From NCBI RefSeq assembly GCF_009914755.1, contig NC_060938.1: a stretch of 64,000 nucleotides of DNA; one strand, written 5' to 3'. This document shows, piece after piece, positions 1-14,000 of this stretch; within the stretch, counting starts at the first letter, position 1; each line of letters starts with the position of its first letter. Under the pieces are notes generated by a model, which was given only the letters and a program-made list of their open reading frames with translations, was not told the origin of the DNA and did not search any database. Made by a program: the position numbers and the translations under genes. This DNA comes from the human T2T-CHM13v2.0 reference genome, Homo sapiens.

Positions 1-170
1 TCTGCCTGCCTGCCTGTCTGTCTGTCTGTCTCTCTCTGTCTCTCTCCCTGCCTTTCTGTTTCTCTCTCTCTCCCTCTCTCGCTCTCTCTGTCTTTCTCTC
101 TTTCTCTCTGTTTCTCTGTCTCTCTCTGTCCGTCTCTGTCTTTTTCTGTCTGTCTCTCTCTTTCTTTCTG

Positions 171-203
<33 letters not shown>

Positions 204-299
204 GCTTGTCTCTCTCACTGTGTCTGTCCTCTGTCTTACTCTCCTTCTCTGCCTGTCCGTCTGTCTGTCTGTCTCTCTCTCTCTCCCTCCCTTTCTGTT

Positions 300-342
<43 letters not shown>

Positions 343-1263
343 GTTTCTCTTTCTCTCTCTGTCTGTCTCTGTCTTTCTCTGTCTGTCTCTTTCTCTGTCT
401 GTCTGTCTCCTTCTCTCTGTCTCCGTCTCTGTCTCTCTCTCTCTGTCTCTCTCTCTCTGCCTGTCTCACTGTGTCTGTCTTCTGTCTTATTCTCTTTCTC
501 TGTCTGTCTGTCTCTCTCTCTCCCTTCCTGTCTCTTTCTCTCTCTCTCTCTCTTTCTGTCTGTTTCTCTCTGCCTGTCTCCGTCTTTCTCTGTCTGCCTC
601 TCTCTTTCTTTTTCTGCGTCTCTCTGTCTCTCTCTCTCTGTGCCTATCTTCTGTCTTACTCTGTTTCTCTGCCTGCCTGTCTGTCTGTCTGTCTCTCTCT
701 CTCTCTGTCTCTCTCTCTTTCTGTCTGTTTCTCTCTGTCTCTCTGTCCATCTCTGTCTTTCTCTGTCCGTCTCTCTCTTTCTCCCTGTCTCTGTCTCTGC
801 CTCTGCCTCTCTCTCTCTCTGTCTCTCTCTTTCTATCTGTTTCTCTCTGTCTCTCTGTCCATCTCTGTCTTTCTCTGTCTGTCTCTCTCTTTCTCCCTGT
901 CTCTGTCTCTGCCTCTCTCTCTCTCTCTCTGTCTGTCTCTCTCACTGTGTGTGTGTCTCTGTCTCTGCCTCTCTCTCTCTCTCTCTCTCTGTCTGTCTCT
1001 CTCACTGTGTGTGTCTGTCTTCTGTCTTACTCTCCTTCTCTGCCTGTCCGTCTGTCTGTCTGTCTCTCCCTCTCTCTCCCTCCCTTTCTGTTTCTCTCTC
1101 TCTCTCTCTCTCTTTCTGTCTGTTTCTCTCTTTCTCTCTCTGTCTGTCTCTTTCTCTGTCTGTCTGTCTCTCTCTTTCTTTTTCTCTGTCTCTCTGTCTC
1201 TCTCTGTGCCTGTCTCTCTGTCTGTGCCTATCTTCTGTCTTACTCTCTTTCTCTGGCTGACTG

Positions 1264-1306
<43 letters not shown>

Positions 1307-1407
1307 GTCTCCGTCCCTCCCTCCCTGTCTGTCTGTTTCTCTCTCTGTCCATTTCTGTCTGTCTCTTTCTCTTTCTCTCTCTTTCTTTCTCTCTGTCTCT
1401 CTCTGTC

Positions 1408-1456
<49 letters not shown>

Positions 1457-1664
1457 CTCTCTCACTGTGTCGGTCTTCTGTCTTACTCTCTTTCTCTGCC
1501 TGCCTCTCTGTCTGTCTGTCTGTCTCTCTCCCTCCATGTCTCTCTCTCTCTCTCTCTCACTCACTGTCTCTCCGTCTCTCTCTCTTTCTGTCTGTTTCTC
1601 TCTGTCTCTGTCTTTCTGTGTGTCTGTCTGTCTCTCTCTCTATTTGTCTTTCTCCCTCCCTGTC

Positions 1665-1705
<41 letters not shown>

Positions 1706-1773
1706 GTCTGTCTGTTTCTCTCTATCTCTCGCTGTCCATCTCTGTCTTTCTATGTCTGTCTCTTTCTCTGTCA
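1..1773 (+). repeat. CT-rich compound repeat of LR1 (full block 43400-46045)
   Basis: (CT)n/(CTGT)n almost devoid of A. Confidence 0.95.
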
Positions 1774-2099
1774 GTCTGTCAGACACCCCCGTGCCGGGTA
1801 GGGCCCTGCCCCTTCCACGAAAGTGAGAAGCGCGTGCTTCGGTGCTTAGAGAGGCCGAGAGGAATCTAGACAGGCGGGCCTTGCTGGGCTTCCCCACTCG
1901 GTGTATGATTTCGGGAGGTCGAGGCCGGGTCCCCGCTTGGATGCGAGGGGCATTTTCAGACTTTTCTCTCGGTCACGTGTGGCGTCCGTACTTCTCCTAT
2001 TTCCCCGATAAGCTCCTCGACTTCAACATAAACGGCGTCCTAAGGGTCGATTTAGTGTCATGCCTCTTTCACCGCCACCACCGAAGATGAAAGCAAAGA

Positions 2100-2373
2100 T
2101 CGGCTAAATACCGCGTGTTCTCATCTAGAAGTGGGAACTTACAGATGACAGTTCTTGCATGGGCAGAACGAGGGGGACCGGGGACGCGGAAGCCTGCTTG
2201 AGGGAGGAGGGGTGGAAGGAGAGACAGCTTCAGGAAGAAAACAAAACACGAATACTGTCGGACACAGCACTGACTACCCGGGTGATGAAATCATCTGCAC
2301 ACTGAACACCCCCGTCACAAGTTTACCTATGTCACAGTCTTGCTCATGTATGCTTGAACGACAAATAAAAGTT
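2100..2373 (+). mobile_element. Old L1 (L1PA13-16/L1PB-like) 3'UTR fragment; also 41960-42234 and 46372-46645
   Basis: AAATACCGCGTGTTCTCA...AAGTGGGA, GGGTGATGAAATCATCTG, CAAGTTTACCTATGT, AAATAAAAGTT resemble L1 3' ends; tail replaced by (GA)n; subfamily uncertain. Confidence 0.75.
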
Positions 2374-2433
2374 CGGGGGGGAGAAGAGAGGAGAGAGAGA
2401 GAGAGACGGGGAGAGAGGGGGGAGGGGGGGGGG

Positions 2434-2482
<49 letters not shown>

Positions 2483-2574
2483 GTAAAACCAACCACCACC
2501 TCCTTGACCTGAGTCAGGGGGTTTCTGGCCTTTTGGGAGAACGTTCAGCGACAATGCAGTATTTGGGCCCGTTC

Positions 2575-2875
2575 TTTTTTTCTTCTTCTTCTTTTCTTTC
2601 TTTTTTTTTGGACTGAGTCTCTCTCGCTCTGTCACCCAGGCTGCGGTGCGGTGGCGCTCTCTCGGCTCACTGAAACCTCTGCTTCCCGGGTTCCAGTGAT
2701 TCTTCTTCGGTAGCTGGGATTACAGGTGCGCACCATGACGGCCGGCTCATCGTTCTATTTTTAGTAGAGACGGGGTTTCTCCACGTTGGCCACGCTGGTC
2801 TCGAACTCCTGACCACAAATGATCCACCTTCCTGGGCCTCCCAAAGTGCTGGAAACGACAGGCCTGAGCCGCCGG
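2575..2875 (-). mobile_element. Alu, left wing of Butterfly (also ~42400-42700, 46847-47147)
   Basis: T-rich tail, GAGTCTCTCTCGCTCTGTCACCCAGGCTG, CTCCCAAAGTGCTGG. Confidence 0.9.
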
Positions 2876-3147
2876 GATTTCAGCCTTTAAAAGCGCGGGC
2901 CCTGCCACCTTTCGCTGCGGCCCTTACGCTCAGAATGACGTGTCCTCTCTGCCATAGGTTGACTCCTTGAGTCCCCTAGGCCATTGCACTGTAGCCTGGG
3001 CAGCAAGAGCCAAACTCCGTCCCCCCACCTCCCCGCGCACATAATAACTAACTAACTAACTAACTAACTAAAATCTCTACACGTCACCCATAAGTGTGTG
3101 TTCCCGTGAGGAGTGATTTCTAAGAAATGGTACTGTACACTGAACGC

Positions 3148-3532
<385 letters not shown>

Positions 3533-3540
3533 CTAGGGCC

Positions 3541-3595
3541 TTCTCTCTGTCTGTTTCTCTCTGTTCGTCTCTGTCTTTCTCTCTGTGTCTCTTTC

Positions 3596-3628
<33 letters not shown>

Positions 3629-4060
3629 TTCTTTCTTTCTGTCTCTGTCTTTGTCCCTCTCTCTCCCTCTCTGCCTGTCTCACTGTGTCTGTCTTCTATC
3701 TTACTCTCTTTCTCTCCCCGTCTGTCTCTCTCTCACTCCCTCCCTGTCTGTTTCTCTCTCTCTCTCTTTCTGTCTGTTTCTGTCTCTCTCTGTCTGCCTC
3801 TCTCTTTCTCTATCTGTCTCTTTCTCTGTCTGTCTGCCCCTCTCTTTCTTTTTCTGTGTCTCTCTGTCTGTCTCTCTCTCTCTCTGTGCCTATCTTCTGT
3901 CTTACTCTCTTTCTCTGCCTGTCTGTCTGTCTCTCTCTGTCTCTCCCTCCCTTTCTGCTTCTCTCTCTCTCTCTCTCTCTCCCCCCTCCCTGTCTGTTTC
4001 TCTCTGTCTCCCTCTCTTTCTGTCTGTTTCTCACTGTCTCTCTCTGTCTGTCTGTTTCAT

Positions 4061-4095
<35 letters not shown>

Positions 4096-4195
4096 GTCTC
4101 TCCCTCTCTGTGTGTATCTTTTGTCTTACTCTCCTTCTCTGCCTGTCCGTCTGTCTGTCTGTCTCTCTCTCTCCCTGTCCCTCTCTCTTTCTGTC

Positions 4196-4234
<39 letters not shown>

Positions 4235-4511
4235 GTCTTTCTCTGTCTGTCCCTTTCTCTGTCTGTCTGCCTCTCTCTTTCTCTTTCTGTGTCTCTCTGT
4301 CTCTCTCTCTGTGCCTATCTTCTGTCTTACTCTCTTTCTCTGCCTGTCTATCTGTCTGTCTCTCTCTGTCTCTCTCCCTGCCTTTCTGTTTCTCTCTCTC
4401 TCCCTCTCTCGCTCTCTCTGTCTTTCTCTCTTTCTCTCTGTTTCTCTGTCTCTCTCTGTCCGTCTCTGTCTTTTTCTGTCTGTCTGTCTCTCTCTTTCTT
4501 TCTGTCGTCTG

Positions 4512-4547
<36 letters not shown>

Positions 4548-4738
4548 TCCTTGTCTCTCTCACTGTGTCTGTCTTCTGTCTTACTCTCCTTCTCTGCCTG
4601 TCCATCTGTCTGTCTGTCTCTCTCTCTCTCTCCCTACCTTTCTGTTTCTCTCTCGCTAGCTCTCTCTCTCTCTGCCTGTTTCTCTCTTTCTCTCTCTGTC
4701 TTTCTCTGTCTGTCTCTTTCTCTGTCTGTCTGTCTCTT

Positions 4739-4783
<45 letters not shown>

Positions 4784-5026
4784 GCCTCTCTCACTGTGTC
4801 TGTCTTCTGTCTTATTCTCTTTCTCTCTCTGTCTCTCTCTCTCTCTCCTTTCCTGTCTGTTTTTCTCTCTCTCTCTCTCTTTCTGCCTGTTTCTCTCTGT
4901 CTGTCTCTGTCTTTCTCTGTCTGTCTGCCTCTCTCTTTCTTTTTCTGCGTCTCTCTGTCTCTCTCTCTCTCTCTCTGTTCCTATCTTCTGTCTTACTCTG
5001 TTTCCTTGCCTGCCTGCCTGTCTGTG

Positions 5027-5064
<38 letters not shown>

Positions 5065-5174
5065 CCTTTCTCTTTCTCTGTCTCTCTCTCTCTTTCTGGG
5101 TGTTTCTCTCTGTCTCTCTGTCCATCTCTGTCTTTCTATGTCTGTCTCTCTCTTTCTCTCTGTCTCTGTCTCTG

Positions 5175-5209
<35 letters not shown>

Positions 5210-6126
5210 GTCTCTCTCACTGTGTGTGTCTGTCTTCTGTCTTACTCTCCTTCTCTGCCTGTCCGTCTGTCTGTCTGTCTCTCCCTCTCTCTCCCTCCCT
5301 TTCTGTTTCTCTCTCTCTCTCTTTCTGTCTGTTTCTCTCTTTCTCTCTCTGTCTGTCTCTTTCTCTGTCTGTCTGTCTCTCTCTTTCTTTTTCTCTGTCT
5401 CTCTGTCTCTCTCTGTGTCTGTCTCTCTGTCTGTGCCTATCTTCTGTCTTACTCTCTTTCTCTGGCTGTCTGCCTGTCTCTCTCTCTCTCTCTGTCTGTC
5501 TCCGTCCCTCTCTCCCTGTCTGTCTGTTTCTCTCTCTGCCTCTCTCTCTCTCTGTCTGTCTCTTTCTCTGTCTGTCTGTCTCTCTCTTTCTTTTTCTCTG
5601 TCTCTCTGTCTCTCTCTGTGTCTGTCTCTCTTTCTGTGCCTATCTTCTGTCTTACTCTCTTTCTCTGGCTGTCTGCCTGTCTCTCTCTCTCTGCCTGTCT
5701 CCGTCCCTCCCTCCCTGTCTGTCTGTTTCTCTCTCTGTCTCTGTCTCTCTGTCCATCTCTGTCTGTCTCTTTCTCTTTCTCTCTCTCTGTCTCTGTCTCT
5801 CTCTCTCTCTGCCTGTCTCTCTCACTGTGTCTGTCTTCTGTCTTACTCTCTTTCTCTGCCTGCCTCTCTGTCTGTCTGTCTCTCTCCCTCCATGTCTCTC
5901 TCTCTCTCTCACTCACTCTCTCTCCGTCTCTCTCTCTTTCTGTCTGTTTCTCTCTCTGTCTGTCTCTCTCCCTCCATGTCTCTCTCTCTCTCTCTCACTC
6001 ACTCTCTCTCCGTCTCTCTCTCTCTTTCTGTCTGTTTCTCTCTCTGTCTGTCTCTCTCCCTCCATGTCTCTCTCTCTCCCTCTCACTCACTCTCTCTCCG
6101 TCTCTCTCTCTCTTTCTGTCTGTTTC

Positions 6127-6195
<69 letters not shown>

Positions 6196-6228
6196 GTCTT
6201 TCTCCCTCCCTGTCTGTCTGTCTGTCTC

Positions 6229-6261
<33 letters not shown>

Positions 6262-6335
6262 TTCTCTTTCTGTCTGTTTCTCTCTATCTCTCGCTGTCCA
6301 TCTCTGTCTTTCTATGTCTGTCTCTTTCTCTGTCA
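3541..6335 (+). repeat. CT-rich compound repeat of LR2 (also 47813-50607)
   Basis: (CT)n/(CTGT)n. Confidence 0.95.
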
Positions 6336-6601
6336 GTCTGTCAGACACCCCCGTGCCGGGTAGGGCCCTGCCCCTTCCACGAGAGTGAGAAGCGCGTGCT
6401 TCGGTGCTTAGAGAGGCCGAGAGGAATCTAGACAGGCGGGCCTTGCTGGGCTTCCCCACTCGGTGTACGATTTCGGGAGGTCGAGGCCGGGTCCCCGCTT
6501 GGATGCGAGGGGCATTTTCAGACTTTTCTCTCGGTCACGTGTGGCGTCCGTACTTCTCCTATTTCCCCGATAAGCTCCTCGACTTCAACATAAACTGTTA
6601 A

Positions 6602-6812
6602 GGCCGGACGCAACACGGCGAAACCCCGTCTCTACTAAAAATACAAAGCTGAGTCGGGAGCGGTGGGGCAGGCCCCTGTAATGCCAGCTCCTCGGGAGGC
6701 TGAGGCGGGAGAATCGCTTGAACCAGGGAAGCGGAGGCTGCAGGGAGCCGAGATCGCGCCACTGCACTACGGCCCAGGCTGTAGAGTGAGTGAGACTCGG
6801 TCTCTAAATAAA
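6602..6812 (+). mobile_element. 5'-truncated Alu abutting the LR2 end (also 50874-51084)
   Basis: GGCGAAACCCCGTCTCTACTAAAAATACAAA...GAGATCGCGCCACTGCACT. Confidence 0.88.
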
Positions 6813-6884
6813 TACGGAAATTAATTAATTCATTAATTCTTTTCCCTGCTGACGGACATTTGCAGGCAGGCATCGGTTGTCTTC

Positions 6885-6903
6885 GGGCATCACCTAGCGG
6901 CCA
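6885..6903 (-). promoter_or_regulatory. CTCF-like motif (IGS28 region); second copy 51157-51175
   Basis: Minus strand TGGCCGCTAGGTGATGCCC. Confidence 0.55.
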
Positions 6904-8000
6904 CTGTTATTGAAAGTCGACGTGACACGGAGGGAGGTCTCGCCGACTTCACCGAGCCTGGGGCAACGGGTTTCTCTCTCTCCCTTCTGGAGGCCCCTCC
7001 CTCTCTCCCTCGTTGCCTAGGGAACCTCGCCTAGGGAACCTCCGCCCTGGCGGGGGCCCTATTGTTCTTTGATCGGCGCTTTACTTTTCTTTGTGTTTTG
7101 GCGCCTAGACTCTTCTACTTGGGCTTTGGGAAGGGTCAGTTTAATTTTCAAGTTGCCCCCCGGCTCCCCCCACTACCCACGTCCCTTCACCTTAATTTAG
7201 TGAGTCGGTTAGGTGGGTTTCCCCCAAACCGCCCCCCCCCCCCCCCCGCCTCCCAACACCCTGCTTGGAAACCTTCCAGAGCCACCCCGGTGTGCCTCCG
7301 TCTTCTCTCCCCTTCCCCCACCCCTTGCCGGCGATCTCATTCTTGCCAGGCTGACATTTGCATCGGTGGGCGTCAGGCCTCACTCGGGGGCCACCGTTTT
7401 TGAAGATGGGGGCGGCACGGTCCCACTTCCCCGGAGGCAGCTTGGGCCGATGGCATAGCCCCTTGACCCGCGTGGGCAAGCGGGCGGGTCTGCAGTTGTG
7501 AGGCTTTTCCCCCCGCTGCTTCCCGCCTCAGGCCTCCCTCCCTAGGAAAGCTTCACCCTGGCTGGGTCTCGGTCACCTTTTATCACGATGTTTTAGTTTC
7601 TCCGCCCTCCGGCCAGCAGAGTTTCACAATGCGAAGGGCGCCACGGCTCTAGTCTGGGCCTTCTCAGTACTTGCCCAAAATAGAAACGCTTTCTGAAAAC
7701 TAATAACTTTGCTCACTTAAGATTTCCAGGGACGGCGCCTTGGCCCGTGTTTGTTGGCTTGTTTTGTTTCGTTCTGTTTTGTTTTGTTCGTGTTTTTCCT
7801 TTCTCGTATGTCTTTCTTTTCAGGTGAAGTAGAAATCCCCAGTTTTCAGGAAGACGTCTATTTTCCCCAAGACACGTTAGCTGCCGTTTTTTCCTGTTGT
7901 GAACTAGCGCTTTTGTGACTCTCTCAACGTGCAGTGAGAGCCGGTTGATGTTTACTATCCTTCATCATGACATCTTATTTTCTAGAAATCCGTAGGCGAA

Positions 8001-8090
8001 TGCTGCTGCTGCTCTTGTTGCTGTTGTTGTTGTTGTTGTTGTCGTCGTTGCTGTTGTCGTTGTCGTTGTTGTTGTCGTTGTCGTTGTTTT
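8001..8090 (+). repeat. (GCT/GTT/GTC)n trinucleotide tract (also 52273-52362)
   Basis: Direct reading. Confidence 0.9.
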
Positions 8091-8164
8091 CAAAGTATAC
8101 CCCGGCCACCGTTTATGGGATCAAAAGCATTATAAAATATGTGTGATTATTTCTTGAGCACGCC

Positions 8165-8759
8165 CTTCCTCCCCCTCTCTCTGTCTCTCTGTCTGTCTCT
8201 GTCTCTCTCTTTCTCTGTCTGTCTTCTCTCTCTCTCTCTCTGTGTCTCTCTCTCTCTGCCTGTCTGTTTCTCTCTCTCTGCCTCTCTCTCTCTCTCTCTC
8301 TCTGCCTGTCTCTCTCACTGTGTCTGTCTTCTGTCTTACTCCCTTTCTCTGTCTGTCTGTCGGTCTCTCTCTCTCTCTCTCCCTGTCTGTATGTTTCTCT
8401 CTGTCTCTGTCTCTCTCTCTCTTTCTGTTTCTCTCTCTCCGTCTCTGTCTTTCTCTGACTGTCTCTCTCTTTCCTTCTCTCTGTCTCTCTCTGCCTGTCT
8501 CTCTCACTCTGTCTTCTGTCTTACTCTCTCTCTCTGCCTGCCTGTCTCTCTCACTCTCTCTCTCTGTGTGTCTCTCTCTCTCTTTCTGTTTCTCTCTGTC
8601 TCTCTGTCCGTCTCTGTCTTTCTCTGTCTGTCTCTTTGTCTGTCTGTCTTTGTCTTTCCTTCTCTCTGTCTCTGTCTCTCTCACTGTGTCTGTCTTCTGT
8701 CTTAGTCTCTCTCTCTCTCTCTCCCTGTCTGTCTGTCTCTCTCTCTCTCTCCCCCTGTC

Positions 8760-8802
<43 letters not shown>

Positions 8803-9357
8803 TTGTCTTTCTTTCTGTCTCTGTCTCTCTCTCTCTCTCTGTGTGTCTGTCTTCTGTCTTACTGTCTTTCTCTGCCTGTCTGTCTGTCTGTCTCTCTCTG
8901 TCTGTCTCTCTCTCTCTCTCCCCCCTGTCGGCTGTTTCTCTGTCTCTGTCTGTGTCTCTCTTTCTGTCTGTTTCTCTCTGTCTGTCTTTCTCTCTCTGTC
9001 TCTTTCTCTCTGTCTCTCTGTCTGTCTCTGTCTCTCTCTCTGTCTCTCTCTCTCTGTGGGGGTGTGTGTGTGTGTGTGTATGTGTGTGTGTGTGTGTGTG
9101 TGTGTCTGCCTTCTGTCTTACTCTCTTTCTCTGCCTGTCTGTCTGCCTGTCTGTTTGTCTCTCTCTCTCTGCCTGTCTCTCTCCCTTCCTGTCTGTTTCT
9201 CTCTCTTTCTGTTTCTCTCTGTCTCTGTCCATCTCTGTCTTTCTCCGTCTGTCTCTTTATCTGTCTCTCTCCGTCTGTCTCTTTATCTGTCTCTCTCTCT
9301 CTTTCTGTCTTTCTCTCTCTGTGTATCGTTGTCTCTCTCTGTCTGTCTCTGTCTCTG

Positions 9358-9390
<33 letters not shown>

Positions 9391-9425
9391 GTCTGTCTGT
9401 CCGTCTGTCTGTCTCGGTCTCTGGC
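8165..9425 (+). repeat. Third CT-rich block with internal (GT)n, IGS28-30 region (also 52437-53697)
   Basis: Same CT monomers; (GT)n at 9062-9105. Confidence 0.93.
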
Positions 9426-10733
9426 TCTCGCTATCTCCCGCCCTCTCTTTTTTTGCAAAAGAAGCTCAAGTACATCTAATCTAATCCCTTACCAAGGCCT
9501 GAATTCTTCACTTCTGACATCCCAGATTTGATCTCCCTACAGAATGCTGTACAGAACTGGCGAGTTGATTTCTGGACTTGGATACCTCATAGAAACTACA
9601 TATGAATAAAGATCCAATCCTAAAATCTGGGGTGGCTTCTCCCTCGACTGTCTCGAAAAATCGTACCTCTGTTCCCCTAGGATGCCGGAAGAGTTTTCTC
9701 AATGTGCATCTGCCCGTGTCCTAAGTGATCTGTGACCGAGCCCTGTCCGTCCTGTCTCAAATATGTACGTGCAAACACTTCTCTCCATTTCCACAACTAC
9801 CCACGGCCCCTTGTGGAACCACTGGCTCTTTGAAAAAAATCCCAGAAGTGGTTTTGGCTTTTTGGCTAGGAGGCCTAAGCCTGCTGAGAACTTTCCTGCC
9901 CAGGATCCTGTGTGACCAAAAGTGCCTCTGCTGGGAGCTGGGATCCTCGGGACCATGCTTGCTAGCGCTGGATGAGTCTCTGGAAGGACGCACGGGACTC
10001 CGCAAAGCTGACCTGTCCCACCGAGGTCAAATGGATACCTCTGCATTGGCCCGAGGCCTCCGAAGTACATCACCGTCACCAACCGTCACCGTCAGCATCC
10101 TTGTGAGCCTGCCCAAGGCCCCGCCTCCGGGGAGACTCTTGGGAGCCCGGCCTTCGTCGGCTAAAGTCCAAAGGGATGGTGACTTCCACCCACAAGGTCC
10201 CCACTGAACGGCGAAGATGTGGAGCGTAGGTCAGAGAGGGGACCAGGAGGGGAGACGTCCCGACAGGCGACGAGTTCCCAAGGCTCTGGCCACCCCACCC
10301 ACGCCCCACGCCCCACGTCCCGGGCACCCGCGGGACACCGCCGCTTTATCCCCTCCTCTGTCCACAGCCAGCCCCACCCCACCACGCAACCCACGCACAC
10401 ACGCTGGAGGTTCCAAAACCACACGGTGTGACTAGAGCCTGACGGAGCGAGAGCCCATTTCACGAGGTGGGAGGGGTGGGGGTGGGGTGGGTTGGGGGTT
10501 GTGGGGTCTGTGGCGAGCCCGATTCTCCCTCTTGGGTGGCTACAGGCTAGAAATGAATATCGCTTCTTGGGCGGAGGGGCTTCCTTAGGCCATCACCGCT
10601 TGCGGGACTACCTCTCAAACCCTCCCTTGAGGCCACAAAATAGATTCCACCCCACCCATCGACGTTTCCCCCGGGTGCTGGATGTATCCTGTCAAGAGAC
10701 CTGAGCCTGACACCGTCGAATTAAACACCTTGA

Positions 10734-10943
<210 letters not shown>

Positions 10944-11016
10944 CTCTTTCATTGGTTTTCACTGGAGATTCTAGATTCGAGCCACACCTCATTCCGTGCC
11001 ACAGAGAGACTTCTTT

Positions 11017-14000
11017 TTTTTTTTTTTTTTAAGCGCAACGCAACATGTCTGCCTTATTTGAGTGGCTTCCTATATCATTATAATTGTGTTATAGATGAAG
11101 AAACGGTATTAAACACTGTGCTAATGATAGTGAAAGTGAAGACAAAAGAAAGGCTATCTATTTTGTGGTTAGAATAAAGTTGCTCAGTATTTAGAGCTAC
11201 CTAAATACGTCAGCATTTACACTCTTCCTAGTAAAAGCTGGCCAATCTGAATAATCCTCCTTTAAACAAACACAATTTTTGATAGGGTTAAGATTTTTTT
11301 AAGAATGCGACTCCTGCAAAATAGCTGAACAGACGATACACATTTAAAAAAATAACAACACAAGGATCAACCAGACTTGGGAAAAAATCGAAAACCACAC
11401 AAGTCTTATGAAGAACTGAGTTCTTAAAATAGGACGGAGAACGTAGCTATCGGAAGAGAAGGCAGTATTGGCAAGTTGATTGTTACGTTGGTCAGCAGTA
11501 GCTGGCACTATCTTTTTGGCCATCTTTCGGGCAATGTAACTACTACAGCAAAATGAGATATGATCCATTAAACAACATATTCGCAAATCAAAAAGTGTTT
11601 CAGTAATATAATGCTTCAGATTTAGAAGCAAATCAAATGATAGAACTCCACTGCTGTAATAAGTCACCCCAAAGATCACCGTATCTGACAAAATAACTAC
11701 CACAGGGTTATGACTTCAGAATCATACTTTCTCTTGATATTTACTTATGTATGTATTTATTTTTTTTAATTTATTTCTCTTGAGACGGCGTCTCGCTCTG
11801 TCGCCCAGGCTGGAGTGCGATGGTGTGATCTCGGCTCACTGCAACCGCCACCTCCCTGGGTTCAAGCGATTCTCCTGCCTCAGCCTCCCGAGTAGCTGGG
11901 ACTACAGGTGCCCGCCACCACGCCCAGCTAATCTTTATACTTTTAATAGAGACGGGGTTTCACCGTGTCGGCCCGGATGGTCTCGATCTCTTGACCTCGT
12001 GACCCGCCCGCCTCGGCCTCCCAAAGTGCTGGGATGACAGGCGTGAGCCACTGAGCCCGGCCTTCTCTTGACGTTTAAACTATGAAGTCAGTCCAGAGAA
12101 ACGCAATAAATGTCAACGGTGAGGATGGTGTTGAGGCAGAAGTAGGACCACACTTTTTCCTATCTTATTCAGTTGATAACAATATGACCTAGGTAGTAAT
12201 TTCCTATGTGCCTACTTATACACGAGTACAAAAGAGTAAAACAGAGAGACTGCTAAATTAAAGGGTACGTGAAGTTCTTCATAGTAACTCCGTAAACTGG
12301 AACACTGTCAAAAAGCAGCAGCTAGTGAATTGTTTCCATGTATTTTTCTATGATCCAATAAGTGAACTATGCTATTCCTTTCCAGTCTCCCAAGCACTTC
12401 TTGTCCCCATCACCACTTCGGTGCTCGAAGAAAAAGTAACAAATCAAGGAACACAACTAAAGAAACACACACACAAACCAAAGACAACTACAGCGTCTGC
12501 AAAAGTTTGCTAGAAGACTGAAACTGTTGAGTATAAGGATCTGGTATTCTACGATCATGAGTTCACTTCAGAGTTTGTTCAAGACATACGTTTCGTAAGG
12601 AAACATCTTAGTTAGAAGTTATTCAGCAGTAGGTACCATCCCTAAGTATTTTTCACCAAATTCGTGACAATAAAGAGCTATCTAACCAGAAAAATTAGCG
12701 AGTACCGGCACCATCCATAGGGCTTTGTCTTTACGCTTCATTAGCACTTACCATGCCTTACAATGTCTAGGATTGACCCTGATAGCATTTCGAAAACAAG
12801 CTAATGCTTTGTCCAGTTCTTCAGTGAAGACAAGCTCACGCCCTAATGCGCTATAGGCATAAGCATCATTTGGATCCACTTCGAGAGTTCTCTGGAAGAA
12901 TTGAATCGCAATATCGTGTTCCCGTTGCAGACCGAAACAGTTCCCTGCAGCACACCAGGCCTCTGGCTGGCGAATTTTTATCCATGTCTGTGAAGTCTTT
13001 GGACAGAACTGAAAGAGCAACCTCTTTCGGAGGATGCCAAAGTGTTGTAGAGTAGATCTCCATGCCTTCGACTCTGTAATTCTCAATCCTCCTAACCTCT
13101 GAGAATTGTCTTTCAGCTTGCGTGGACTCTGAAAGTTTACAATAGGCCCTTCCGATTTGGCACAGTACCCAACCGGTATTGCAGTGGTGAGAAGCTAGAT
13201 GGCTCAAGATGCTGATAGCTTCTTTGCCGTGGTAAGAACACAAAGCTAAATAACCTTTCCCCCTTTCACGAAGAAGGCTCATCAAGCCTTCCGCTGCTGC
13301 TTTTTGTAGATTAAAAGCCTGAATCTGAGGCGCGATTGCGGCTATTTTCCCTTCTGAAATGACGGAAGAGTCCAATTTTGTCACTTCCAGGCTATCACTT
13401 ATGTTCGGTGGAGTTATTGCTCCTTTATTAGTTTTACTTTTGGTTCTTCTGTTTGGGATTTTAGGTGGAAACTTCATTTTTAATTTTCTCCTATTCTCCT
13501 CGGTTGTGGAGCTGTCACTAGTCAAGAGTCGTGAATTTCTTCGAGGCGGTGCATTTGGGGGAGATGCCATAGTGGGGCTCAATACCTGAGGTGTTGCCCT
13601 TGTCGGCGGACCAGAACTTTGTGTTTTTGCAAGGACTGGAGTTACCTTTCGGCTCTTTCCCCTCTGCGAGAAGACAGACGGTGTTCCGGTTTGGCCGATT
13701 CTGGCAACAGGCTTTTTTGAAGGGGCTCCGGTGGATGGCACGTCAATGACAGACGGTGTCTCATACCAGTGCAGTTTTGTCAATAGGGTCCGTCTCCGGG
13801 ACTTGGGGTTTCTAATGGCAAAATGCCAACACTTGGGGTTAATGGACTAACAGCTGCTGGTCCTCCTAATAAACTTCGACCAGTTTTTGGTTTATGTTGA
13901 ACCTGTTTAGATCATATGGAAGTTCCTGTTCCCAGTGGGACAGTATCAGGTGAAAGGACAGCTGAATCGATAGAAGACACTGGGGAGTCTGTATTCAAGG

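Noticed and set aside
2043-2053. GGGTCGATTTA at the Long-repeat head as a Sal box
   Set aside because: Only 7/11 match, and the GTCGAC core is broken
12866-13783. 305-aa CDC27-like ORF as a functional gene
   Set aside because: Internal fragment of a pseudogene flanked by frameshifts, with a premature stop at 14247
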